Assembly (NCBI GenBank): GCA_016219075.1
Contig: JACRCJ010000054.1
Location: 1 to 40,633 of the forward strand
Source: Deltaproteobacteria bacterium
GTDB lineage: Bacteria; Desulfobacterota; GWC2-55-46
Direction of reading: 5' to 3'
DNA: 40,633 bases
In this document: piece after piece, positions 33,558-40,633 of the stretch
How the letters are laid out: every line of letters starts with the position of its first letter
Position numbering within the stretch: position 1 is the first letter of the stretch
Translations under genes and position numbers: made by a program
The notes under the pieces: model-generated
The model's database searches: none
What the model was told of the DNA's origin: nothing
What the model saw: only the letters and a program-made list of their open reading frames with translations

Positions 33558-33586
33558 TTGCAAGAGAGTCCTTTGTATGTTAATTT
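33558..33586 (+). promoter_or_regulatory. Candidate gatCAB promoter TTGCAA-N17-TAATTT
   Basis: Read directly; about 35 nt upstream of the gatC GTG. Confidence 0.4.
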
Positions 33587-33619
33587 AGACCACTAAAAAT
33601 CCTTTGACGAGGTACTATC

Positions 33620-33907
33620 GTGTCGATAACGAAAAAAGACGTGCTGCATGTGGCGGACCTCGCCCGGCTCGCGCTCACCGAAAAAGAGATCGACCTTTAT
33701 ACGGGCCAGCTCCAGAGGATACTGAGTTATGTGGAGAAGCTCTCGGAGCTTGACACCTCCGGAGTCGCCCCGACGACCACGACCGTGCCGCCGGAGACGG
33801 CTTTCAGGGAAGACCGCGTCACGCCGTCGCTTGCGCAGGAAGACGCGTTAAGAAACGCCCCGCTCTCTGAGAAGGGGTGCTTCAAGGTGCCCAAGATCAT
33901 CGAATAG
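33620..33907 (+). CDS. gatC: Asp/Glu-tRNA(Asn/Gln) amidotransferase subunit C
   Basis: 95 aa with the typical GatC N-terminus …KKDVLHVADLARLALTEKEI…. It precedes gatA and gatB. Confidence 0.92.
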   Translation: MSITKKDVLHVADLARLALTEKEIDLYTGQLQRILSYVEKLSELDTSGVAPTTTTVPPETAFREDRVTPSLAQEDALRNAPLSEKGCFKVPKIIE

Positions 33908-33953
33908 CGCAAAGCGGCCGGCAGGGCGCGCGCCCCCGCATCATCAAATCTTT

Positions 33954-33998
33954 ATGAACCCTCCATAGGCTTCAAGCCCGGGGGTTTTCAGAGCGTAA
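33954..33998 (+). repeat. Dispersed palindromic repeat, copy in the gatC-gatA gap
   Basis: ATGAACCCTCCATAGGCTTCAAGCCCGGGGGTTTTCAGAGCGTAA, 24 nt before the gatA TTG start. It accounts for much of the 115-nt gap. Confidence 0.85.
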
Positions 33999-34022
33999 AA
34001 AAGAAATATAAGGAGAAGAACC

Positions 34023-35483
34023 TTGGACCTGACCTCTTTGACCATACACGGGCTTTCGGAGAAGCTCAAGAACAGGGAGACGACCTCCGTAGAGGCGACA
34101 AAGGCGTTTTTGAAGCGCATAGAGGAAGTCGAGCCTAAAGTACGCGCCTTCATAACCGTGACCGCCGGGGAGGCCCTCAAGAGCGCAGGGGAAGCGGACA
34201 AAAGGATAGCGAAGGGCGAAGGCATCACCCCCCTTACGGGCGTGCCGATAGCCGTCAAGGACATCTTCTGCACGAAAGACATCAGGACCACATGCGCCTC
34301 GAAGATACTCGAGGGCTTCATCCCCCCCTACGACTCTACGGTCGTAAGGAAGCTGAAAGAGGCCGGGGCCGTTATCCTCGGCAAGAACAACATGGACGAG
34401 TTCGCCATGGGCTCTTCAACCGAGAACTCGGCCTTCTCGCCGACCTACAACCCGTGGGCGCTCGACCGCGTTCCGGGAGGAAGCTCCGGGGGCTCCGCCG
34501 CCTCGGTTGCGGCAAGTGAGTGTGTGGCGTCTATTGGCACCGACACCGGAGGGTCTATCCGCCAGCCCGCCTCGTGCTGCGGGGTAGTGGGGCTAAAACC
34601 CACTTACGGCAGGGTGTCGAGGTTCGGCATGATCGCCTTCGCGTCTTCGCTCGACCAGGCCGGCCCGTTCACGAAAGACACGACCGACGCGGCCATCATG
34701 CTCAACGCGATGGCCGGACACGACCCGTCGGACTCGACCTCCATCAAGGCCGAAGTCCCTGACTACAGGACCTTTCTTACCGGGGAGGTAAAGGGCCTGA
34801 AGGTAGGCATCCCGAAAGAGTACTTCATCGAGGGGATGGACAAAGAGGTCGAGGCCTCCGTCAGGGAAGCGCTTGAGGTATTAAAGAAAGCCGGGGCCGC
34901 GCTCGTGCCAGTGACCCTGCCCCACACCGAGTACGCCGTAGGCGTATACTACCTTGTTGCAACGGCCGAGGCGTCGAGTAACCTCGCCAGGTACGACGGA
35001 GTAAAGTACGGGCTCAGGGTCGATGAGACCGGGAGCCTTCTGGACATGTACAAAAAGACGCGCGACGAGGGGTTCGGCGGAGAGGTCAAGAGAAGGATCA
35101 TGCTCGGCACGTATTCGCTGTCGGCCGGGTACTACGACGCCTACTACAAGAAGGCCTCGGAGGTGAGAACGCTCATAAAGAACGACTTCGATGAGGCGTT
35201 CAAGTCCTGCGACATAATAGCGACTCCTACCGCCCCGACCGCGGCCTTCAAGCTCGGCGAGAGGGTCGAGGACCCGCTTACGATGTACCTCTCGGACATC
35301 TTCACCATCTCGTGCAACCTGGCCGGGATACCCGGAATTTCTCTTCCGTGCGGGTTTACGAAAGAAGGGCTCCCCGTGGGGCTTCAGCTCCTCGGCAGGA
35401 CGCTCGACGAGGGGACGGTCTTGAAAACGGCCTACGCTTATGAGAGTGCCACGGAGTGGCACACAAGAAGGCCGAAGATTTAA
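34023..35483 (+). CDS. gatA: Glu-tRNA(Gln) amidotransferase subunit A
   Basis: 486 aa with the amidase signature …[13 protein letters not shown]…. TTG start with SD AAGGAG. Confidence 0.95.
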   Translation: MDLTSLTIHGLSEKLKNRETTSVEATKAFLKRIEEVEPKVRAFITVTAGEALKSAGEADKRIAKGEGITPLTGVPIAVKDIFCTKDIRTTCASKILEGFIPPYDSTVVRKLKEAGAVILGKNNMDEFAMGSSTENSAFSPTYNPWALDRVPGGSSGGSAASVAASECVASIGTDTGGSIRQPASCCGVVGLKPTYGRVSRFGMIAFASSLDQAGPFTKDTTDAAIMLNAMAGHDPSDSTSIKAEVPDYRTFLTGEVKGLKVGIPKEYFIEGMDKEVEASVREALEVLKKAGAALVPVTLPHTEYAVGVYYLVATAEASSNLARYDGVKYGLRVDETGSLLDMYKKTRDEGFGGEVKRRIMLGTYSLSAGYYDAYYKKASEVRTLIKNDFDEAFKSCDIIATPTAPTAAFKLGERVEDPLTMYLSDIFTISCNLAGIPGISLPCGFTKEGLPVGLQLLGRTLDEGTVLKTAYAYESATEWHTRRPKI

Positions 35484-35519
35484 AAGCGGGTCAAAAAATT
35501 CCAGACGAGGTCTTTACAG

Positions 35520-36959
35520 ATGAAATACGAAGCGGTAATAGGTCTTGAGGTGCACGCGCAGCTTCTGACCGACTCAAAACTCTTCTGCGGCTGCTCCACC
35601 CGGTTCGGCTCTGAGCCCAACACCCAGGTCTGCCAGATATGCCTCGGGATGCCGGGGGTGCTTCCGGTACTGAATAAAAAGGCGGTCGAGTTCGCCGTAA
35701 AGATGTCCCTTGCGGTAAACTGCCGTATAAACCCCAGAAGCATCTTCGCCAGGAAGAACTACTTCTACCCGGACCTGCCCAAGGGCTACCAGGTCTCCCA
35801 GTACACCGAGCCTTTGAGCGAGCACGGACACCTTGAGATCGACATCGACGGCGGAAGGAAGAGGATCGGCATAACCCGTATTCACATGGAAGAGGACGCC
35901 GGCAAGCTTCTTCACGGAGAGGGGATCGAGGACTCGAACTTCAGCTTCGTGGACTTGAACAGGACTGGCGTGCCGTTGATTGAGATAGTGAGCGAGCCGG
36001 ACATGAGGACATCGGATGAGGCGGTGGCGTACCTGAAGGCGCTCAGGGACATACTCGTCTACCTCAGGATATGCGACGGCAACATGGAGGAAGGCAGCTT
36101 CCGCTGCGACGCCAATGTCTCGGTGAGGCTCATGGGGGCCGAGAAGCTCGGCACCAAGGCCGAGCTTAAGAACATGAACTCCTTCAAGTATGTGAAAGAG
36201 GCTATCGACTACGAGATACAGAGACAGATCGACCTGGTGGAAAACGGCGAGAAGGTCGTACAGGAGACCCGCCTCTTTGACGCGTCAAAGGGCATCACTG
36301 CCTCGATGAGGTCGAAAGAAGAGGCCCACGACTACCGCTACTTCCCGGAGCCCGACCTTCTCCCCCTGAATGTCGGCGCAAAGCTTGTAGACCAGGCCAG
36401 AGAAACGCTTCCTGAGCTCCCGGAGGCGAAAAGAGCGCGCTTCATCACAGACTACGCCATACCCCCATACGACGCCGGGGTGCTTACGGCCACCAGAGAG
36501 CTTGCCGACTACTACGAAGAGGTCGTAAAGGCCACCGGTGAACCTAAGGTCTCGTCGAACTGGGTCATGGGAGAGCTTTTAAGGCTCTTGAAGGAAGACG
36601 GCAAGGATGTCGGGGACTGCGCCCTTAAGCCCTCGGCCATAGCCGACCTTATAGGCATGATAAAAAAGGGCGCGATCAGCGGCAAGATGGCCAAAGAGGT
36701 CTTCGAGGAGATGTACAAGACCGGCAAACCCCCGGCCGGGATAGTCAAGGCCAGGGGCATCACGCAGATATCCGATGAGTCGGAGCTCGCCGGGGTCATC
36801 GACAGGGTGCTTGAGGCGAACCCGGAGAGCGTGGACAGGTACAGGTCCGGCAAGGTCCAGCTCTTCGGCTTCTTCGTAGGAGAGACGATGAAGGCCACAA
36901 AGGGCCAGGCCAACCCTCAGGCCGTCAATAAGATACTCAAGGAGAAGCTCGCCGGGTAA
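35520..36959 (+). CDS. gatB: Asp/Glu-tRNA amidotransferase subunit B
   Basis: 479 aa with N-terminus [15 protein letters not shown]… and a C-terminal YqeY-like tail. Confidence 0.95.
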   Translation: MKYEAVIGLEVHAQLLTDSKLFCGCSTRFGSEPNTQVCQICLGMPGVLPVLNKKAVEFAVKMSLAVNCRINPRSIFARKNYFYPDLPKGYQVSQYTEPLSEHGHLEIDIDGGRKRIGITRIHMEEDAGKLLHGEGIEDSNFSFVDLNRTGVPLIEIVSEPDMRTSDEAVAYLKALRDILVYLRICDGNMEEGSFRCDANVSVRLMGAEKLGTKAELKNMNSFKYVKEAIDYEIQRQIDLVENGEKVVQETRLFDASKGITASMRSKEEAHDYRYFPEPDLLPLNVGAKLVDQARETLPELPEAKRARFITDYAIPPYDAGVLTATRELADYYEEVVKATGEPKVSSNWVMGELLRLLKEDGKDVGDCALKPSAIADLIGMIKKGAISGKMAKEVFEEMYKTGKPPAGIVKARGITQISDESELAGVIDRVLEANPESVDRYRSGKVQLFGFFVGETMKATKGQANPQAVNKILKEKLAG

Positions 36960-37059
36960 GAGAGGGTACTGGCGTACGGCCAATTTAAAAGACAACCTTT
37001 AAACTATCTTTGTTCTGTTCTTAAGCGGCGCTCCATCGGGTGTGATGCGCGCCGTCACC

Positions 37060-37482
37060 TCACCCCTCAAACGCCTTCCACCCCTCCTTTTTCCACCTGA
37101 AGTAATCGCTCAAGATCTTTCCGTGGTCGAAGGCGAGGTTTCCGGGGAGCGTCTCTTCGGTAAAGGCCCCGATATTCTTAGCGTCGTCTTTTGCCTCCGG
37201 GACCCCGTCGGCCTCTGCCACGAAGACCACCGATACGGTATGGAACCTCGGGTCTCTACCGGGGTCCGAGTAGGCGTGGAGCTGTGTTTTGAGCCTGACT
37301 GATAGAGAAGTCTCCTCAAGGGCTTCTCTTACGGCGGCCTCTTCGAGGCTCTCCCCGTAATCGACGAACCCCCCTGGTATGGCCCACCCATATGGCGGGT
37401 TCTTCCTCTCGATAAGTACTATCCCGCCTTTAAGCTCTATGATTATATCGACCGTGGGGAGCGGGTTCCTGTACTCTTTCAT
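37060..37482 (-). CDS. Nudix hydrolase
   Basis: Nudix box [24 protein letters not shown]. Confidence 0.88.
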   Translation of the reverse strand: MKEYRNPLPTVDIIIELKGGIVLIERKNPPYGWAIPGGFVDYGESLEEAAVREALEETSLSVRLKTQLHAYSDPGRDPRFHTVSVVFVAEADGVPEAKDDAKNIGAFTEETLPGNLAFDHGKILSDYFRWKKEGWKAFEG

Positions 37483-37520
37483 CTAAAATGCCTTGATGCG
37501 CTGGATCTTCCTGAACCGGC

Positions 37521-38516
37521 TCACTCGACCCTCACCGACCTTATGAACTCGGCGCTCTTTTCGGGGATGCTCGTGTTGATGAACATGCCGCTCCCGAGCT
37601 CGAACCCGGCGGCCTTGGAAAGCCTCGGGACGATGCTCAAGTACCAGTGGCAGTACTCGTTATCGGCGTCTTCGGGGCGGCTTGATTTTATGACATAGTT
37701 GAAGTCCGGGTCTTCAAGCCCGTAGTAGAACTTGGAAAGGATCGTCTTCAGGTGAAAGGCGAGGTCCGTAATCTCATCCTCTGTTATCGATGAGAACGCC
37801 GCCGAGTGGCGCTTCGGGAATATCCATGTGTGAAACGGAGAGAGGGCGGCGTAAGGTATGAAGGTGAGGAAGTGTTCGGTGTCGTTTACGACCCTCACCC
37901 CCTCGTCCATCTCCTTTTTAAGTATCGAGCACAGGAGGCAGTCCCCGGTGTCGTCGAAGAAATGCATCGCGCTCTGGACCCGTTCCCTGAACTGAACCGG
38001 CACTACCGGGGTCCCTATCAACTGGGTGTGGGGGTGCAGAAGGGAAGTGCCGGCCCCCTCCCCGTGGTTCTTGAATATTATGACATGCTCGACCCTGGGG
38101 TCCATGTGCGCCGCTATGAACCTTCTCCTGTAGGTCCTCAGTATCTCCTCGATGTCACGCTGGTCCATCGAGGAGATAGTCATGTTATGCACAGGGTTCT
38201 CGATTATGATCTCGTGGACGCCGACCCCGGTGACCGCCCTTCTGAAGCCGTCGGTCATCCTCTTTCTCTCGCCGTCGGTCAGGGCCGGGTACTTGTTGGA
38301 TACAACCCTTATCTTCCAGGCTCCGTCCGCGGGGAGACGGAATTGTTCAGGGGGGGTCCGGAGTTCGTTGCCGGGGCAGAAGGGGCACGAGCTCAAAAAC
38401 GGGGGCGACTGCGGCCTTTCGGGGCGGGCGTTCATGAAATCCATCGGCCTCTTCGCCCGTTCCGAGGCGATAATGACCCACTCCCTTGTGACCAGATTAA
38501 GCCTGAGTTCTGACAT
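37521..38516 (-). CDS. GalT-family (HIT-superfamily branch III) nucleotidyl/phosphoryl transferase
   Basis: CPFCPGNE zinc knuckle and the HPHTQLIG (HxHxQ) catalytic motif. The substrate (UDP-hexose versus ADP-glucose/NDP-sugar phosphorylase) is not inferable. Confidence 0.8.
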   Translation of the reverse strand: MSELRLNLVTREWVIIASERAKRPMDFMNARPERPQSPPFLSSCPFCPGNELRTPPEQFRLPADGAWKIRVVSNKYPALTDGERKRMTDGFRRAVTGVGVHEIIIENPVHNMTISSMDQRDIEEILRTYRRRFIAAHMDPRVEHVIIFKNHGEGAGTSLLHPHTQLIGTPVVPVQFRERVQSAMHFFDDTGDCLLCSILKKEMDEGVRVVNDTEHFLTFIPYAALSPFHTWIFPKRHSAAFSSITEDEITDLAFHLKTILSKFYYGLEDPDFNYVIKSSRPEDADNEYCHWYLSIVPRLSKAAGFELGSGMFINTSIPEKSAEFIRSVRVE

Positions 38517-38563
38517 TTAAGGCCTTTATACCTTTTAATTGGCGTGTCCGCCCTGAGGGTCTG

Positions 38564-39052
38564 TTACGAGGCCGAAGCCAGCATGGCCTCTAACTGACTG
38601 ACATGGTCTTTCTCTTCTTCGACAAGCTCGCCGTAGAGTTTCCTGCCATCTTCGGTACGGGCCCTTCTGGCAAGGTTGCGGAAGTATTCGACTGAACCCC
38701 TCTCGGTATCGAGCGCTATCAAAAGGGCCTTCTTGGGGTTGTCTATAATGCGCACCAGGGCCTCGACATTTATCCTTTTGGTGAATATGTCGGTGGAGCC
38801 GGACTTCTCAAGGTATTCCTCTATCTGAAGCTCCTCCTCGGTTATCTGGTCGTTGAAACCGACCCCGGGGAAGTACTTGTTCTCGATTATCCTCAGGTGC
38901 CTCTGCTCGTCATGGGCAAACCTCTTGAAGAGGTCCTTCGCCTCTTTGTCCGATGTCCTGTCGGCGAGCATCTTGTAGAACTTATGCCCGTTCTGCTCGA
39001 TCAGGGCGGCCCTTATCACCGCTTCTTTCTCTTCGATGTGGTCAAACAGCAT
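38564..39052 (-). CDS. Ferritin-like diiron (rubrerythrin-family) protein without rubredoxin domain
   Basis: Two half-sites, each a Glu followed by E-x-x-H: IEQNGHKFY…HDEQRH and LDTERGSVEYF…EEEKDH. There is no CxxC pair. Confidence 0.75.
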   Translation of the reverse strand: MLFDHIEEKEAVIRAALIEQNGHKFYKMLADRTSDKEAKDLFKRFAHDEQRHLRIIENKYFPGVGFNDQITEEELQIEEYLEKSGSTDIFTKRINVEALVRIIDNPKKALLIALDTERGSVEYFRNLARRARTEDGRKLYGELVEEEKDHVSQLEAMLASAS

Positions 39053-39240
39053 GATAGGATCTCCTATTTTGATACGGTTTCGCCCGTTTCATTGTATTCT
39101 ATCCGAAAAAAGGGCTTCCGACAAGGGTCTCCTCAAGATTTTCGGGGAAAGTTACTGTTGAATCATCGGAAGAATAATGGTAGAAAGTAGAATCTTTCGG
39201 AGAAATTAGAGCCTATACCTTAGGAAAAAAGGAGGAGCTT

Positions 39241-40011
39241 ATGGGATTACTTGAAGGCAAAAAAGGCGTTATTTTCGGTGTCGCCAACGATAAAAGTATC
39301 GCCTGGGCCATAGCCCGGATCCTTCACAGCGAGGGGATGGAGCTTGCCTTCACTTACGCCGGAGAGGTCCTTGAATCACGGGTCAGGCCGCTGGCGGACT
39401 CCCTCGGCTCAAAGATAATACTGCCGTGCGATGTGACGGACGACTCCCAGATAGACTCCGTCTTCAATACCCTCAGGAACGAGTGGGGCTCCCTTGACGC
39501 GATGGTGCACGCCATAGCGTTCGCGAAAAAAGAGGAGCTTAAGGGCGAGTTCTTCAACACAACGAGGGACGGCTTCAAGCTCGCCATGGATGTGAGCGCC
39601 TACTCGCTTGTGGCGCTGGCCAAGGCCGCGGTCCCCCTTATGGAAGGCAGGGACGCCGCCATCGTGACCCTGAGCTACTACGGGAGCGAAAAGGTCATCA
39701 CGAACTATAATGTCATGGGGGTGGCCAAGGCCGCCCTGGAAGCCAGCGTCAGGTACCTGGCCGCTGACCTGGGCCCCAAAAAGGTAAGGATCAACACCAT
39801 CTCGGCCGGGCCCGTCAAGACTCTGGCGGCCATGGGTATCTCCGGGTTCAAGTCGATCCTTGACATGGTCGAGTCCAAATCCCCCTTAAAAAGGAACATT
39901 ACGCAGGAAGATGTCGCAAAAACGGCGCTTTATCTCCTGAGCGACCTCTCAAGCGGCGTGACAGGAGAGCTCATCCATGTGGACTCCGGATATAACATCA
40001 TGGGGAATTGA
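39241..40011 (+). CDS. fabI: Enoyl-[acyl-carrier-protein] reductase (NADH)
   Basis: 256 aa containing [13 protein letters not shown] and an SDR-type Tyr/Lys region (…[25 protein letters not shown]…). SD AAGGAGG. Confidence 0.93.
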   Translation: MGLLEGKKGVIFGVANDKSIAWAIARILHSEGMELAFTYAGEVLESRVRPLADSLGSKIILPCDVTDDSQIDSVFNTLRNEWGSLDAMVHAIAFAKKEELKGEFFNTTRDGFKLAMDVSAYSLVALAKAAVPLMEGRDAAIVTLSYYGSEKVITNYNVMGVAKAALEASVRYLAADLGPKKVRINTISAGPVKTLAAMGISGFKSILDMVESKSPLKRNITQEDVAKTALYLLSDLSSGVTGELIHVDSGYNIMGN

Positions 40012-40070
40012 TTCTTTAATTTCGCTGTTTCTTGTTAATGTAAATAAAATACCTTTTTAGAAGACAAAAC

Positions 40071-40633
40071 ATGCGGATAATTGCCGACCTGCACATCCAC
40101 AGCAGATACTCCAGGGCGACCAGCAAGGATATGAACCTTGATCTCCTGGCGTTCTGGGCAAAGGTCAAAGGGATAGATATCCTGGGAACAGGAGATTTCA
40201 CACACCCGGCGCACTTTGCCTCCTTGGAAGAAAAGCTCGAACCCGCCGGGAACGGGCTCTTCGTCATTAAAGAAAAAACCGGTACGACCGACCCCGTACA
40301 TTTCATGCTGACCGCCGAGGTCAGCAACATATACACCCAGGACGGCAAGACCCGTAAGGTCCACAACCTCGTCTTCGCCCCCTCATTGGAGGCGGTGAAA
40401 AAGATGAACTCGGCCTTCGCGAAACTCGGCAATATCAACTCCGACGGCAGGCCCATCTTCGGGTTCTCCGCCAAAGACCTCGTTAAAATTGTCATGGACG
40501 CCTCACCCGAGGCGATGGTAGTCCCGGCCCACGCCTGGACCCCGTGGTTCTCCATATTCGGCAGCAAATCGGGCTTCGACTCTGTCGAGGAATGCTTCGG
40601 CGAGTACTCCAAATACATATACGCCATAGAGAC
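40071..40633 (+). CDS. EndoQ-like PHP-domain nuclease, N-terminal 187 codons (runs off the right edge)
   Basis: Not in the track because it has no stop. MRIIADLHIHSRYSRATSKDM…KGIDILGTGDFTHP…GRPIFG…VVPAHAWTPWFS… matches my memory of archaeal endonuclease Q (DLHIHSHYSKAVSKLM…GTGD…PAHAFTPWTS). Confidence 0.7.
   Translation, partial: MRIIADLHIHSRYSRATSKDMNLDLLAFWAKVKGIDILGTGDFTHPAHFASLEEKLEPAGNGLFVIKEKTGTTDPVHFMLTAEVSNIYTQDGKTRKVHNLVFAPSLEAVKKMNSAFAKLGNINSDGRPIFGFSAKDLVKIVMDASPEAMVVPAHAWTPWFSIFGSKSGFDSVEECFGEYSKYIYAIE

Noticed and set aside
10329-33998. Mini-ORFs beginning at the ATG of each repeat copy (MNPPRA*, MNPPWA*, MNPP*, MKHPRAN*, and a 17-aa version upstream of ychF), read as possible Pro-Pro stalling leader peptides.
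   Set aside because: Only the ychF copy has an SD before the ATG. Lengths and stops differ between copies. Conservation is at the nucleotide level, including synonymous positions, and the phage copies lack the ATG arm. It is worth a Ribo-seq look but is not supported.
40016-40627. 203-aa minus-strand ORF listed in the track.
   Set aside because: It is antisense to the EndoQ-like frame, which has clear PHP motifs. This ORF has no recognisable motif or SD.

Overview
40.6-kb GC-rich bacterial window with almost all genes on the minus strand. (1) 1 to ~9000 is one arm of a prophage-like element. It holds a tail-fibre gene cut by the left edge, small virion ORFs, an HK97-type major capsid, scaffold, portal, large and small terminase, a small Zn-ribbon-like ORF and a sigma-region-4-like regulator. 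It ends in an AT-rich non-coding stretch carrying a perfect-consensus sigma70 promoter. No integrase, lysis, replication, tail-tube or tape-measure genes lie in the window. (2) 9174-32754 is housekeeping chromosome: ychF, a K+-dependent-type membrane pyrophosphatase (hppA), pth, rplY/ctc, prs, tRNA-Gln(UUG), ispE and a DUF1858-like ORF. A complete 14-gene nuoA-N operon follows, interrupted between nuoG and nuoH by a stand-alone cyclic-nucleotide-binding-domain gene, then a carbon-nitrogen hydrolase. (3) 32755-33619 is 865 bp with no believable track ORF. It contains an unlisted 30-codon Lys-rich ORF with promoter, SD and terminator, plus a second promoter feeding a hairpin-dense RNA region. 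(4) The rest is gatCAB (+), a rubrerythrin-like/GalT-like/Nudix operon (-), fabI (+) and a truncated EndoQ-like PHP nuclease gene (+, not in the track). I found no CRISPR array, rRNA, transposase or recognisable defence system, and no convincing new multi-gene protein system. The most unusual signals are non-coding. First, a ~45-bp palindromic repeat family occurs 5-8 times, co-oriented with the downstream gene in host leaders but inverted and terminator-linked in the prophage. Second, the structured non-coding locus at 32.8-33.5 kb. Third, a cNMP-binding gene plus a 19-bp tandem array inside the nuo operon. Fourth, a mosaic, internally duplicated tail fibre. All functional calls rest on motif recognition by eye and on synteny; no database search was possible.
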